Source: an uncultured Alphaproteobacteria bacterium
GTDB taxonomy: Bacteria; Pseudomonadota; Alphaproteobacteria; Paracaedibacterales; CAITNM01
Assembly (NCBI GenBank): GCA_903893805.1
Contig: CAITNM010000046.1
Location: 70,437-134,436 of the forward strand
Reading direction: 5' to 3'
Length of the DNA stretch: 64,000 nucleotides
Part shown: piece after piece, positions 39,746 through 50,196 of the stretch
Layout of the letters: every line of letters starts with the position of its first letter
How positions within the stretch are numbered: position 1 is the stretch's first letter
The notes under the pieces: model-generated
Told to the model about the DNA's origin: nothing
Database searches by the model: none
Seen by the model: the letters and a program-made list of their open reading frames with translations, nothing else
Translations under genes and position numbers: made by a program

Positions 39746-40516
39746 TTACGCAACAGTTATTGTTTTATCTTCAAAAACTTCTTCAACCACAAGGTCAGCA
39801 GAAGCTCCAATATCAATACCTGCAGCAACCATTCCCTGTTGCAAACCATCAAGAATAGCGTCAGCCATTAAATCACAATACAAACGAATTGCACGAGTTG
39901 CGTCATCATTACCTGGAATTGGATAAGTAATAAAATCAGGAGTAGAGTTACTATCGATAATCGCAATAATAGGTATGCTTAAACGCTGAGCTTCTAAAAC
40001 GGCAATTGCTTCCTTATTTGTATCAAGTACAAACAGCATATCTGGCAAACCGCCCATGTCAGCGATACCACCAATAGCCATTTCAAGCTTATCGTATTCA
40101 CGTTGAAGCTTTAAAATTTCTTTTTTAGTCATGCGTCCAGGATGTGAAAGTTCTTCTTGCATTTCCTTCAAACGCTTAATTGACCGGTTTACTGTTTTCC
40201 AGTTTGTAAGCAATCCACCAAGCCAGCGATGGTTAATATAATACTGACCACAGCGCTTAGCTGATTCTTTTACAATGTCAGAACCTTGAACTTTTGTTCC
40301 CACAAAAAGTACGCGACCACCTGATTTCACAGTATCACGTGCAACTTCCAAAGCCTTATGTAGCATTGGAACAGTTTGTTGTAAGTCTAGAATATGAACT
40401 TCGCTGCGTTCACCAAAAATGTACGGTGCCATTTTGGGATTCCAGCGACGTGTATTGTGTCCGTAGTGTACGCCCGATTCTAGTAACTGACGCATTGTAA
40501 ATGTTGGCATAGCCAT
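39746..40516 (-). CDS. rpsB: 30S ribosomal protein S2
   Basis: [28 protein letters not shown], and a D..........[10 protein letters not shown] block. Confidence 0.95.
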   Translation of the reverse strand: MAMPTFTMRQLLESGVHYGHNTRRWNPKMAPYIFGERSEVHILDLQQTVPMLHKALEVARDTVKSGGRVLFVGTKVQGSDIVKESAKRCGQYYINHRWLGGLLTNWKTVNRSIKRLKEMQEELSHPGRMTKKEILKLQREYDKLEMAIGGIADMGGLPDMLFVLDTNKEAIAVLEAQRLSIPIIAIIDSNSTPDFITYPIPGNDDATRAIRLYCDLMADAILDGLQQGMVAAGIDIGASADLVVEEVFEDKTITVA

Positions 40517-40550
40517 AGTAGTAGTCTCCTTTGTTTCCGATTAAACCTCA

Positions 40551-40594
40551 TCAGGCCGATACTGCATCGGTGGGCAAGGTTGCCCAAAGCCTGA
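40551..40594 (-). promoter_or_regulatory. candidate structured 5' leader of rpsB
   Basis: Nested helices in an otherwise AT-rich spacer. The outer helix is TCAGGC/GCCTGA (40551-56 with 40589-94). It encloses CGAT-ACTGC-ATCG and GGGCA-AGGT-TGCCC. The element ends ~25 nt before the AAGGAG Shine-Dalgarno sequence. Confidence 0.3.
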
Positions 40595-40682
40595 CTGTGT
40601 AGTGCGCTTATTATATTCAAGGGATAAAAAAAATGCTAGCCCCTTTTTAGGCTTTGACTGTGGTTAGAGATGCTTACAAAAA

Positions 40683-41225
40683 TTAATGCAGGGAATCTAC
40701 ACCAGCTGATAAATTCATATGCATCCATGCAATACTCGATTTTCTTTGCGCGCATGTCATCTTTACCGCTTCTGCTGCTTGATATCTAACCGAAGCATCA
40801 TCAATACTTGCAAGATACGCCCATGCTCTCGCGGTTGCTAATCTATCACTGAACAATGATTCATTTACTGCTGTAATTGCCTCGAGTTGAATGCTTGCAT
40901 CAGAAATACGCGAAAGAATTTTTTGCACACGCATTTCTCTTGCGGCTCTTCTTTTTAGCGCTTTTCCTGTTTTCAAAATATATTGTGTTAGGGTCCTAAT
41001 ATCACTGATGTTTTGAATGAACGAATAAACTGACTCTGAGGATTTTGATATCTTTAGAATTTCATCTATCACACTAGCAGCTTGATCTTTTCTTCTAATT
41101 TCTGGCTCAGATATTGTGATTTTTCTTCTTACCTCATCCCATCTTTCATTATCAAAAGTAGAAAATGTCGATGACCACAATGCATTCATTGATAGAACAA
41201 AAACTAAGGAAAATAGGCGCCTCAT
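40683..41225 (-). CDS. hypothetical exported protein
   Basis: Signal peptide MRRLFSLVFVLSMNALWS, helical body, no recognisable motif. Confidence 0.45.
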   Translation of the reverse strand: MRRLFSLVFVLSMNALWSSTFSTFDNERWDEVRRKITISEPEIRRKDQAASVIDEILKISKSSESVYSFIQNISDIRTLTQYILKTGKALKRRAAREMRVQKILSRISDASIQLEAITAVNESLFSDRLATARAWAYLASIDDASVRYQAAEAVKMTCAQRKSSIAWMHMNLSAGVDSLH

Positions 41226-41317
41226 AAAACAACCAGAAAAAAAATAATTACGCTATCCTTAGTTTGACTGAAGTTTTTAATTATCGTCAATTTCTTATCA
41301 GCAAAAAAATTACAAAA

Positions 41318-41770
41318 TTAAGTTCTTAAGCTCTCCAAAAAGCCTTGCAGCATATAGGCTGCGGCCATTTTGTCGACAACTTCACGTTGGCGTTTACGTG
41401 ATAGGTCTGCTTCAATCATGGTGCGGTGAACAGCCATAGTTGAGAGGCGTTCATCCCAAGCGCAAAAAGGGATATTACAAACTTTGGTGAGTTTTTCAGA
41501 AAATTGCTCAACCTTTTCACATTGTGGTCCAACCGTGCCATTCATATTCACAGGCCACCCAATGACAACCGCTACGATGTTTTCTTGTGTGACGAGTTTT
41601 TGAAACTGCTGCAAAAGCTCTGACTTGCTTAATACTTTAAATGGTGATGCAATTGTCCAGGTTAAATCGCAAAGGCTTAGACCAACGTGCTTTTCGCCAT
41701 GGTCAATTCCTAAAAGACGATTCTTAGAGTTTTTTAAGACTTGTATGGCAGAGGATGAAGCAAATTCCAA
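41318..41770 (-). CDS. ruvX: Holliday junction resolvase-like nuclease RuvX (YqgF)
   Basis: LLGIDHGEKHVGLSL and DERLST motifs of the YqgF family. 150 aa. Confidence 0.85.
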   Translation of the reverse strand: MEFASSSAIQVLKNSKNRLLGIDHGEKHVGLSLCDLTWTIASPFKVLSKSELLQQFQKLVTQENIVAVVIGWPVNMNGTVGPQCEKVEQFSEKLTKVCNIPFCAWDERLSTMAVHRTMIEADLSRKRQREVVDKMAAAYMLQGFLESLRT

Positions 41771-41781
41771 CGGAACAAGCC

Positions 41782-42717
41782 TTAATTTGAAAGGGAAATT
41801 GGTCTTGTTTCTGAAACATCACCAATGTGCTTTTGCCCTCTAGCTTTTGCTAGCTGAACTTGTTTTTGACGCTCACGTACTCGCTGATAGTGTTCATCGT
41901 TGTGTGCATCGTAGCAATGGTGACAATGAATGCCTTCTAGATAATGTTCCGATGTTTTTTCTTCATCGCTAATCGGCATACGACAACCAAAACACTGATC
42001 ATAATCTCCCAATTCAAGACCGTGTTTTACAGAAACACGCTGGTCAAAAACAAAGCATTCACCTTCCCAGAGGCTTTTTTCCTCAGGAACTTCCTCAAGG
42101 TATTTTAAAATACCACCCTTTAGATGATAAACTTCCTTAAAACCTAATGCTTTAAGGTATGCGGTCGAACGCTCACAGCGGATACCACCTGTACAATACA
42201 TAGCTACAGGCGTGTTTTTATATTGCATAAGGTTTTCTTCAGTGTATGCAGTAAAGTCTTTAAATGTAGTAGTTTTTGGGTTTACAGCACCTTTGAATGC
42301 ACCAATCATGACCTCGTAGTTATTTCGGGTATCAATGGTGACTACATCGCTGCGGGAAATTAAAGCATTCCAATCACTTGGGTTAACATAAGCTCCAACC
42401 ATTTGTGTGGGATCTGCAGCAGGTGCTCCAAGAGTTACAATTTCTTTTTTTAACTTCACCTTCATGCGCAAGAAAGGCATTGTTTGGGCTTTTGATTCTT
42501 TATATTCAAGGTTGTGAAAGGGACCAGATTCTTTAAGGTACTCAACGACTGCGTCAATTCCTTCGCGCGGGCCTGCAATTGTGCCGTTAATGCCTTCTTC
42601 AGCAAGTAATAAAGTACCACGAACGCCTTGTTTTTTGCAAAACGCTATTAAAGGCATGCGCAAAGCTTCGTAGTTAGGCACGGCAACAAATTGGTAAAGA
42701 GCCGCAACAACAATCAT
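41782..42717 (-). CDS. trhO: rhodanese-domain tRNA uridine(34) hydroxylase (YceA/UPF0176)
   Basis: ALYQF..........[17 protein letters not shown]-terminus, rhodanese active site [11 protein letters not shown]-terminal Cys cluster. Confidence 0.85.
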   Translation of the reverse strand: MIVVAALYQFVAVPNYEALRMPLIAFCKKQGVRGTLLLAEEGINGTIAGPREGIDAVVEYLKESGPFHNLEYKESKAQTMPFLRMKVKLKKEIVTLGAPAADPTQMVGAYVNPSDWNALISRSDVVTIDTRNNYEVMIGAFKGAVNPKTTTFKDFTAYTEENLMQYKNTPVAMYCTGGIRCERSTAYLKALGFKEVYHLKGGILKYLEEVPEEKSLWEGECFVFDQRVSVKHGLELGDYDQCFGCRMPISDEEKTSEHYLEGIHCHHCYDAHNDEHYQRVRERQKQVQLAKARGQKHIGDVSETRPISLSN

Positions 42718-43247
42718 GATGCTTCTTGTTTTTTCTTAAGTAGTTTCACAGCGGTATCCAACTCAACTTGAGTACAAAAACCTAGTTGAACAGGGCTGCG
42801 TGGCTTAATGTTTTGCGCATTCCAATGGCTTTTTGTACGAACTGCATCAATAGTAATTTTCGTTGTACCAATAAGCCTTGAGATTTGAGAGTCTGTTAAA
42901 TCTGGATAGTATTTAACTAACCATGAAATGGCGTCCGGACGCTCTTGACGCTTCGACAGTGGCGTATAACGTGGACGTTTTTTTCCTAAAACACTGTCAG
43001 CTGAAATGGCTGCTGATATTTGTAAATCTGCCGTTGGATCTTGCTCACAACGGTGAATTTCAACCAAGGTCAGTTGTCCTGATGCAATAGGGTCAAAACC
43101 CAACATTCCGTGTGTTGCTTCACTGTCAGCTAAATTTTGAATTTCAAGCATGTGCAAGCCAGAAAACTTAGCAATTTGCTTAAACGCTAGGGCAGTATTT
43201 TCAATAAGCCAAACGGCAGTTGCTTTTGGCATCAATGGAGTAGTCAT
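42714..43247 (-). CDS. DUF1013 protein (alphaproteobacterial TrcR-like cell-cycle regulator)
   Basis: [29 protein letters not shown] is the hallmark N-terminus of DUF1013. 4-nt overlap with trhO. Confidence 0.8.
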   Translation of the reverse strand: MTTPLMPKATAVWLIENTALAFKQIAKFSGLHMLEIQNLADSEATHGMLGFDPIASGQLTLVEIHRCEQDPTADLQISAAISADSVLGKKRPRYTPLSKRQERPDAISWLVKYYPDLTDSQISRLIGTTKITIDAVRTKSHWNAQNIKPRSPVQLGFCTQVELDTAVKLLKKKQEAS

Positions 43248-43288
43248 AAAATCTCTTTACCTTGAAGATTGAGCTTAGAAAGCCCAAA

Positions 43289-44533
43289 CTATTTCTTGTT
43301 TTTATAGCCCATTATAACGATAAGAACCAGTAAAGAAAACACCGCAATTACGCCACTAGCTAAAAACATGCGCGCTTGCCCAAAATGTTGCGATATTACT
43401 CCTGCTATAAGGTGACATGCAAAGTATTCGGAAATCGCGCAAATAACGTAATAACAACCAAACCCTGTGCCCCGTAAATCTTCAGGGACAATTTCAGCGA
43501 TTAAAGACAAAAAGATATTTTGAGTAATAGCATACTGCACACCCCAAAAACCTATTCCGATCCATACCATTGCTAATGAATCAGCATTAGCCAGCACCAT
43601 ATCTGCAAGCACTAAAAATAGAATACCAATAATCAAAAACCAATACCGGTTCATGCGATCGGCCATACGCCCAACCGGATACACTGTTAAACACCAAGCA
43701 GCATTAAAGACCATCATAACTAAAGGGACATTTTCTTTAGGCAAATCAAACGCTTTATGTGCATACAAACACAAAAAACTTTCACTAAACCGTGCCAGCA
43801 TAAAAATTGCTGCAACCAGCATCAGCATCCAAAAAGACTTTCCAAGCAATGGCAGATTTTTAAGACTAATGGGATGGCGTCGCTTCTCTTCCGGCAATGG
43901 AATTTCAGCTGAAACTGCAGAGTGATTAAACCGTTTCGGCTCTTTTATGAAAAATATGAGAATGCAGTAGGCCAAAATTGCAGGGACTACCGCTGCCTGA
44001 AATACTGATTGAATGTCATTGTCGAAAAAGCGCATTGCAAACATTGCCACAATGGCCCCAAGAAAAGCTCCGCCTTGAGAAAGAGCTCGCTTCAAACCAT
44101 AAGCAGCGCCAATGCGTTTAGCAGACACCACATCAGCAACCATCGTGTCACGTGGTGTTGATTGAGTTCCATTACCAATGCGCTCACCCAAACGTCCAGC
44201 GAGTATTGGCATAAGTGAATTAGCAAAACCAAAAAGAATTCGACTAGAGACGATCAATGAGTAACCAACTACCATCAATGGTTTTCGTCGCCTAAAATAA
44301 TCACTGAGCATGCCAGAGAATAATTTCATAATGTATGAACTAGCTTCGGCTATACCTTCAGCAACACCAATCCAAGTCATGGCAACCCCTAAAGAATCCA
44401 TGTAAATGGCAATGTAGCTATAACCCATTACAAATGACAGGTTAATGAGAAACATCATCCAACCGATTTTCCAAACGGTGGAATGAATTTTGGTATTTTG
44501 TTGTGAATTTTCTGAAATTGCGGCCATCGTCAT
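43289..44533 (-). CDS. MFS transporter
   Basis: 12-TM profile, with the loop 2-3 motif GMLSDYFRRRKP typical of the MFS. Confidence 0.8.
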   Translation of the reverse strand: MTMAAISENSQQNTKIHSTVWKIGWMMFLINLSFVMGYSYIAIYMDSLGVAMTWIGVAEGIAEASSYIMKLFSGMLSDYFRRRKPLMVVGYSLIVSSRILFGFANSLMPILAGRLGERIGNGTQSTPRDTMVADVVSAKRIGAAYGLKRALSQGGAFLGAIVAMFAMRFFDNDIQSVFQAAVVPAILAYCILIFFIKEPKRFNHSAVSAEIPLPEEKRRHPISLKNLPLLGKSFWMLMLVAAIFMLARFSESFLCLYAHKAFDLPKENVPLVMMVFNAAWCLTVYPVGRMADRMNRYWFLIIGILFLVLADMVLANADSLAMVWIGIGFWGVQYAITQNIFLSLIAEIVPEDLRGTGFGCYYVICAISEYFACHLIAGVISQHFGQARMFLASGVIAVFSLLVLIVIMGYKNKK

Positions 44534-44673
44534 AGGGTGTATCCACTTATTCTAAAACGACGACACATAAATCTTGGCTAAAACTAGGCTACATCCTCTC
44601 TATTACTAGCTAATAGCTCACCAATTTGCAATCACAAACTGGCCAGATTTTTAATTCAGTTCAAGAATTTTCC

Positions 44674-45300
44674 TCAGGTAAATAGTATTTTGATCCCCAG
44701 TAGAATCAAAAATGCTCCTGTAATACGCTCTATCAAATACTGAAAATTCTTAAAAAATAAACTTAAACGCTTGTTCGAAAAACACATAGCAACAATTAGA
44801 AACCACATTAAGGTGGACAAAAAAATTATTGCCCCACATACCACGACAATAAGTGTTGGTTCATTAGGCGTCACAAACGCTGAGATTAAACTAATGAAAA
44901 AGAACATTGCTTTTGGGTTCATTGCATTGGTTAAAAACCCTGCGCTAATAGCTTTGAAAGCTGAAATTTCTTGAAAAGCAGGCGCTCCATCATACTGTGT
45001 GGTTTGCTTTTTAGCCAGCAACCCCTTAATGCCAATATACATAAGATAGGCTGCTCCTAGATATTTAAACGCAGAAAGCAACCATGCAGTTTTAGCAATC
45101 ATAACACCTAATCCAAGCAATATATAAGTTAAGTGCACGAAAATACCCAGAGACACTCCTATCGCCGTCAGCACTGCAGTTTTACGCGTGTAAATTAAAC
45201 TATTTCGCACAACAACTGCAAAGTTCGGACCCGGACTCATTAGACCCAGCAATTGAATGACTGTTAATGCTGCAATTGAAGGAAGATAATCAAGAATCAT
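44674..45300 (-). CDS. LysE/RhtB family amino-acid exporter
   Basis: 208 aa, 6 TM, N-terminal [13 protein letters not shown] motif. Confidence 0.8.
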   Translation of the reverse strand: MILDYLPSIAALTVIQLLGLMSPGPNFAVVVRNSLIYTRKTAVLTAIGVSLGIFVHLTYILLGLGVMIAKTAWLLSAFKYLGAAYLMYIGIKGLLAKKQTTQYDGAPAFQEISAFKAISAGFLTNAMNPKAMFFFISLISAFVTPNEPTLIVVVCGAIIFLSTLMWFLIVAMCFSNKRLSLFFKNFQYLIERITGAFLILLGIKILFT

Positions 45301-45416
45301 TTATTGAGACTGCAATGTTACTATTTCTTGGTAATTCTAGCATGAATATGACTTTTGACGAAAGTAACCATTCGGTGTACATTCCAAGTAATTGGCCCTT
45401 ATGCAGACTGAAAATT

Positions 45417-45563
45417 ATGGGATTAAGCACAAGTCATTTAATTATTGTTTTGTTGATTGTTTTAGTATTATTCGGCGCAGGGAAAATCCCCAAAATTATG
45501 GGTGATCTTGCGAAAGGCGTGAAGGCTTTTAAAGATGGCATGAAGGACGAGGACAAACAATAA
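45417..45563 (+). CDS. tatA: twin-arginine translocase subunit TatA
   Basis: [39 protein letters not shown] (TM followed by an amphipathic helix). The track ORF is over-extended upstream from 45267. Confidence 0.85.
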   Translation: MGLSTSHLIIVLLIVLVLFGAGKIPKIMGDLAKGVKAFKDGMKDEDKQ

Positions 45564-46958
45564 ATGACCGTTCGTCTTCGTTTTGCCCCCTCACCTACTG
45601 GATATTTACACATTGGCAGTGCACGTACTGCACTGTTTAATTACCTGTTCGCAAAGCACTGCGGTGGCAAATACTTGCTACGCATTGAAGACACAGACCG
45701 GGAACGTTCAACCCCCGAAGCAGTCGATGCTATTTTTTCAAGCCTTGATTGGCTTGGCATTAAAGCCGATGAAGAACCCGTTTTTCAATTTGAACGCGCT
45801 TCGCGTCATGCAGAGGTTGCCCACCAGCTATTAAAAGCTGGAAAAGCTTATCATTGCTATTGTTCACCTGAAGAATTACAAACCATGCGTGACGAAGCAG
45901 CAGCCAAGAAATTGCCTCCTCGTTATAATGGCATGTGGCGTGACCGCGATCCATCAACCGCACCTGCAGGTATTAAACCGGTTATTCGGTTTAAATCCCC
46001 TCAGCAAGATTCCCTTACCATTCAAGACAAAGTTCAAGGACCGGTTACCGTTCAAAACAATCAGCTAGATGATATGATTTTGCTTCGCGCCGATGGCACG
46101 CCCACATATATGCTTTCCGTAGTGGTAGATGACCACGACATGGGAATAACCCATATTATCCGCGGAGATGACCACCTAACCAACGCCTTTCGCCAGCACC
46201 ACATTTACACGGCAATGGGCTGGGATGTCCCTGAGTTTGCTCATATTCCCCTTATTCACGGGGCTGATGGTGCCAAACTATCAAAGCGTCACGGCGCCAC
46301 AAGCGCTGACATGTACAAAGACCTAGGCTTTTTGCCAGAGGCTATGAAAAACTATTTGCTACGCCTAGGTTGGGGCCATGGTGATGATGAAATTATTAGT
46401 GAAACCCAAGCAATTGAATGGTTTTCATTAGAAGGAATCGGCCGTTCCCCTGCCCGTTTCGACATGGCAAAACTTCACAATTTAAATGGCCATTACATAC
46501 GCCGGGCAGATGACGCGCGTTTAGTTAACCTAATCAAGCCACTTATTGAAAAACAAATTGCACGTTCCATATCAACCAATGAAGAAAGCCACATTTCAAA
46601 AGGCATGACTGGCCTTAAAGAACGCGCTAAAACAACGGTTGAATTGGCTGAAAGTGCGATTATTTATATTCAAGCGTTGCCTCACGATGAAAAGGCAACA
46701 GCCCTACTTACCCCTGAAAATATTGCACATTTGAAAAATCTTTTGCCCAAACTGCAGGCTTGTGACTTTACACACGATACGCTTGAAGCACTTTTGCGTA
46801 GCGCAGCTGAGGAATTTTCCATAAAACTAGGTCAGTTAGCCGCACCACTTCGTGTTGCTATAACCGGCAGGTCCGTTTCTCCGAGCTTGTTTGAAGTGAT
46901 GTCAATTTTGGGTAAGCAAGAATCCCTTAAGCGAATTGAGAATATTATTTCGAATTAA
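45564..46958 (+). CDS. gltX: glutamyl-tRNA synthetase
   Basis: RFAPSPTGYLHIGSAR (HIGH) and KLSKR (KMSKS). It starts immediately after the tatA stop. Confidence 0.93.
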   Translation: MTVRLRFAPSPTGYLHIGSARTALFNYLFAKHCGGKYLLRIEDTDRERSTPEAVDAIFSSLDWLGIKADEEPVFQFERASRHAEVAHQLLKAGKAYHCYCSPEELQTMRDEAAAKKLPPRYNGMWRDRDPSTAPAGIKPVIRFKSPQQDSLTIQDKVQGPVTVQNNQLDDMILLRADGTPTYMLSVVVDDHDMGITHIIRGDDHLTNAFRQHHIYTAMGWDVPEFAHIPLIHGADGAKLSKRHGATSADMYKDLGFLPEAMKNYLLRLGWGHGDDEIISETQAIEWFSLEGIGRSPARFDMAKLHNLNGHYIRRADDARLVNLIKPLIEKQIARSISTNEESHISKGMTGLKERAKTTVELAESAIIYIQALPHDEKATALLTPENIAHLKNLLPKLQACDFTHDTLEALLRSAAEEFSIKLGQLAAPLRVAITGRSVSPSLFEVMSILGKQESLKRIENIISN

Positions 46959-47035
46959 CATAATATAATTAATGACGAATTAACAATTAAGTTGTATTAT
47001 TAGTAGATCAAGGTTTTTTAAGAAATATCAACCTG

Positions 47036-47536
47036 ATGAAATTGCTTTACGAAAAAGACAATAAACAACAGCTATTCATTTTCTTAAAGTTTTATTTTTC
47101 TTATTATATAAGGTTTCAGGTAGCTTGCGCGCTCTTCTGCTGTTTCACAGAGATTATTAATATAATTTTTGAGAAACTCAATGTTTCTTCGACCACACAT
47201 TTTTGTATTTTGTTTATAGTTAGTCGCGTTTGTGTTTTTTTTATAAAAATTCACGTACTAAAACTTTCTTCATTACTAAAATATGAAACCTTTAAGGTTA
47301 TTTGGACGACTTCAGTTCCCAAAAGCATATTTTCTAAATCTTTTTTTTACCCTGTTATTGCATTGGGGCTCTTAGGCAAGATAACAAATATTTTACTGAC
47401 GCACTATAACTTATACCCACTATTCACTGGGTTATTAGTTAGTGTATTTCTACTGCATATTTTTATTTTGAATAACTGGCTGCCCTTTCAGTTAATTCCT
47501 CTGAATCCACAAGACGTACTAGAAAAGCCGGAATAG
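47036..47536 (+). CDS. hypothetical membrane protein
   Basis: Only an open frame and hydrophobic segments in a very AT-rich stretch. No motif. Confidence 0.3.
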   Translation: MKLLYEKDNKQQLFIFLKFYFSYYIRFQVACALFCCFTEIINIIFEKLNVSSTTHFCILFIVSRVCVFFIKIHVLKLSSLLKYETFKVIWTTSVPKSIFSKSFFYPVIALGLLGKITNILLTHYNLYPLFTGLLVSVFLLHIFILNNWLPFQLIPLNPQDVLEKPE

Positions 47537-47570
47537 ATTTTGGGGTAATGCCCATAATGCGTAAGTGGTT

Positions 47571-48302
47571 TTATTTTGAAGAAAATGCAGCCAGCAAAGC
47601 TGGAAGGTCTGCCCAGTCAGAAAAACAAGCTGCCACCCCTTTTTCTATAAGTGTAGCTGCCATGTCTTGAGGTTTATCAGCAAATCCTAAAAAACCAAAA
47701 GTTGTAATGCCGGCACTAATAGCAGCGCTTGCTCCTGTAGTGCTGTCTTCAACAGCAAAACAGTTTTGGGGAGAAATATTCAATTGTTCCATCGCTCTTA
47801 AATAAACGTCAGGCTTTGGTTTTTGAACATCACCTGCTTCAAAAAAGGCTGCCCCAAAGAAACGTGCTAATTCTTCTCCCTGTCCATTCGTGGCAAAGCG
47901 CATAGCTGCTAAAGCACGTTGAATAGGATTATTTGAAACAAATGCAAATTTATATCCCTGATGTTCTAAAATTGAAAGTGTGTCTATTAAGTGAGGAGCC
48001 ATTTCAACTCCTGTTTTTTGAAGTTGCTGCATCATGCGCCACTCACGTGCATCGTATAACGTAGGGTAATCAACACAGATCCCAAAATGCTTAGATAAGT
48101 TTACACAAAGGTTTTCACGAGCTTGACCATGAAAATGTTCTTTAAATTCTTGAAATGTAAGGGGGTGGTCAATGGTGTCTGCATATAAATCATTGAACCG
48201 TTCAATCAACGAAGGCACCGCCAAATGCTCGGTAGCCATTTGACAATTGTCAAAATCCAGCAAAAGCCAAAGTGCGGCAGATATTTTAGCATGAGTTGTC
48301 AT
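47571..48302 (-). CDS. HAD-superfamily hydrolase (subfamily IA-like)
   Basis: Motif I LLDFDN, motif II FVSNN, motif III K (PKPDVY), motif IV EDSTTGASAAISAG. Confidence 0.7.
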   Translation of the reverse strand: MTTHAKISAALWLLLDFDNCQMATEHLAVPSLIERFNDLYADTIDHPLTFQEFKEHFHGQARENLCVNLSKHFGICVDYPTLYDAREWRMMQQLQKTGVEMAPHLIDTLSILEHQGYKFAFVSNNPIQRALAAMRFATNGQGEELARFFGAAFFEAGDVQKPKPDVYLRAMEQLNISPQNCFAVEDSTTGASAAISAGITTFGFLGFADKPQDMAATLIEKGVAACFSDWADLPALLAAFSSK

Positions 48303-48472
48303 AGGCTTTCATTCACCGATCTTTGTCACCGGATTATCCCCAAATTGCTATCATTGGTCTAGAAGTTTTTGTGCTTGCACGGCTGTTCTCACCTTTACAT
48401 TAAGCCATAAACCTTTTTGGCTAAATTTTTAAATTTATGCTAAGGTGATCTCATATGAAAAGGGAGGATAAT

Positions 48473-49183
48473 ATGTCCAATAATTTTGATCCAATCACAC
48501 GTACTTCTGCCCACGCACAGGAAATTGACGCAGGTCTGCGCACTTACATGCAACGGGTTTACAACTTTATGGCCCTAGGCTTAAGTATTACTGGCTTAAC
48601 TGCGTACTTAACTGCTCAGTCACCGGAAATGATGCAGCTTATTTTCGGAACACCACTTAGGTATTTGGTGCTTTTTGGCCCATTGCTAATGGTATTTTTT
48701 CTAAGTGCACGCATCGGCAAAATGACTTTTGCAAGCGAGCAAACACTTTTTTGGGCTTTTGCAGGCGTTCTTGGGCTTTCTCTGGCTAGCATCTTTTTGA
48801 TGTACACTGGTGAAAGCATTGCAAAAGTTTTCTTCATCACAGCCGGTATGTTTTCAGGCACTAGCCTTTACGGGTACACAACTCAGCGTGATTTAAGCAA
48901 GTTTGGTTCATTCTTATTTATGGGCCTACTTGGAATTATCATTGCAAGTGTTGTGAACATGTTCTTGCACAGCGGCCCAATGCAGTTTGCTATTTCGGTA
49001 CTTTCAGTACTAATTTTCACAGGCCTTACAGCTTATGACACGCAAATGATCAAGGAAATTTACTACGCGAACGATGACAGCGAAACATCAGGTAAAAAAG
49101 CTTTATTTGGCGCCCTACGTTTGTACATGAACTTCTTAAACATGTTCTTGGCATTGTTGCAATTATTCGGCAACCGTCGTTAA
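48473..49183 (+). CDS. Bax inhibitor-1/YccA family membrane protein
   Basis: 7-TM profile, with YMQRVYNFMALGL and C-terminal LYMNFLNMFLALLQLFG blocks. GGGAGGA Shine-Dalgarno sequence before the ATG at 48473. Confidence 0.85.
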   Translation: MSNNFDPITRTSAHAQEIDAGLRTYMQRVYNFMALGLSITGLTAYLTAQSPEMMQLIFGTPLRYLVLFGPLLMVFFLSARIGKMTFASEQTLFWAFAGVLGLSLASIFLMYTGESIAKVFFITAGMFSGTSLYGYTTQRDLSKFGSFLFMGLLGIIIASVVNMFLHSGPMQFAISVLSVLIFTGLTAYDTQMIKEIYYANDDSETSGKKALFGALRLYMNFLNMFLALLQLFGNRR

Positions 49184-49204
49184 GTTTAAAGCATATAACG
49201 AAAG

Positions 49205-49229
49205 AGGCCGGGTTTCCCCGGCCTTTTTT
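49205..49229 (+). terminator. intrinsic terminator
   Basis: GGCCGGG-TTTC-CCCGGCC hairpin followed by TTTTTT. Confidence 0.7.
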
Positions 49230-49245
49230 ATTAACTCCGCACCAC

Positions 49246-49971
49246 CTACAGTTCGTTAGCTTTTTTAAATAGTGGCTTTAGTGCATTTAGTGATGCACTA
49301 ATTTCTTCCATTCTATAAATGTCTTCTTTTTTGAATTTATCTACCTTTATAAGTGAAACCAGGTCTCCCAATCTTTCAAAACTACGAAGCATATCTGACA
49401 ATATTTCTTCTTTCAAATAGTGTGCTATTTCCCCAGCTCCACAAACATCAGCAACTGCTGTAAAAGTTTTTAAAAGGATGCCTGCCTTACCTGTTTCAAC
49501 AATGGCATCAATAGTTTGGGCAGCAACCAACATTGCACCGTCTGATTGATTTGTTACTCTTAGCAACAACGGGGCAAACGCTTCTAGATGCTGATTTTCA
49601 GCTATTTCTATTACATGGTTACGAATGTGAAATAATTCATAGTGAAGTTCATTTAAGTCCTTTCTAGAAAGTCTCACTGCAATAACGTTTGATTTTTCTC
49701 GTAGTTCAGGAGCAATCACACAGGCTGTAAATGTAACCCTAGCCAACATGTTATTGTACCTGTAGGACTCTGATAAATTGCTTAAGCTACTTTCTATCGC
49801 TTGCAAGGGCCTATAGCAACCCATACTGTGCGCAACTTCCTTAATTCCTACTAAGAATCTGTGGCTTGTGCTCACCTTTCGTGATAATTCAGGTTCTTCT
49901 AATAGGCCGCGCACCTCCATGCTGTAAATAGTTGATGTTAGCAAAAATAGACTTAAGAAAATTTTCTTCAT
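49246..49971 (-). CDS. hypothetical exported protein
   Basis: Signal peptide MKKIFLSLFLLTSTIYS from the ATG at 49971 (the track ORF is extended to 50031). No recognisable motif. Confidence 0.45.
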   Translation of the reverse strand: MKKIFLSLFLLTSTIYSMEVRGLLEEPELSRKVSTSHRFLVGIKEVAHSMGCYRPLQAIESSLSNLSESYRYNNMLARVTFTACVIAPELREKSNVIAVRLSRKDLNELHYELFHIRNHVIEIAENQHLEAFAPLLLRVTNQSDGAMLVAAQTIDAIVETGKAGILLKTFTAVADVCGAGEIAHYLKEEILSDMLRSFERLGDLVSLIKVDKFKKEDIYRMEEISASLNALKPLFKKANEL

Positions 49972-50196
49972 AAAAAAACCTTTTAAGAAATTTCCACTTA
50001 GTGTAGATAGCTCAAAAAAGGTATAATGCAATAGATTTTATTAACTAATTCTTTACAATAGTTTACAAATGCTTAATTTTTAGATGGCTGTATTGCAACT
50101 TGTGACATTACGCTAAAGAAAATTAAAAAGATATAAATACGCACTTTCATCAGCATTCCTCTGGCTTTTGACCAGAGGAGCTAATTAACTGCTTCT

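Noticed and set aside
45267-45416. The upstream 50 codons of the track ORF that contains tatA, and similar N-terminal extensions of the groES, tolB, Myb-like gene 1, BI-1 and 49246 ORFs.
   Set aside because: The extensions begin at alternative or weak starts, overlap the divergent neighbour or lack a Shine-Dalgarno sequence. Internal ATGs give canonical N-termini such as the TatA TM helix, MKFRPLHDR of GroES, and signal peptides.
50073-50150. A 25-codon reverse-strand ORF MKVRIYIFLIFFSVMSQVAIQPSKN* resembling a signal peptide, next to a CCTCTGG/CCAGAGG hairpin (50158-50178) downstream of pepA.
   Set aside because: It is too short to call as a gene and is probably another stub of a decayed exported-protein gene. 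The hairpin lacks a U-tract, so I do not call a terminator.
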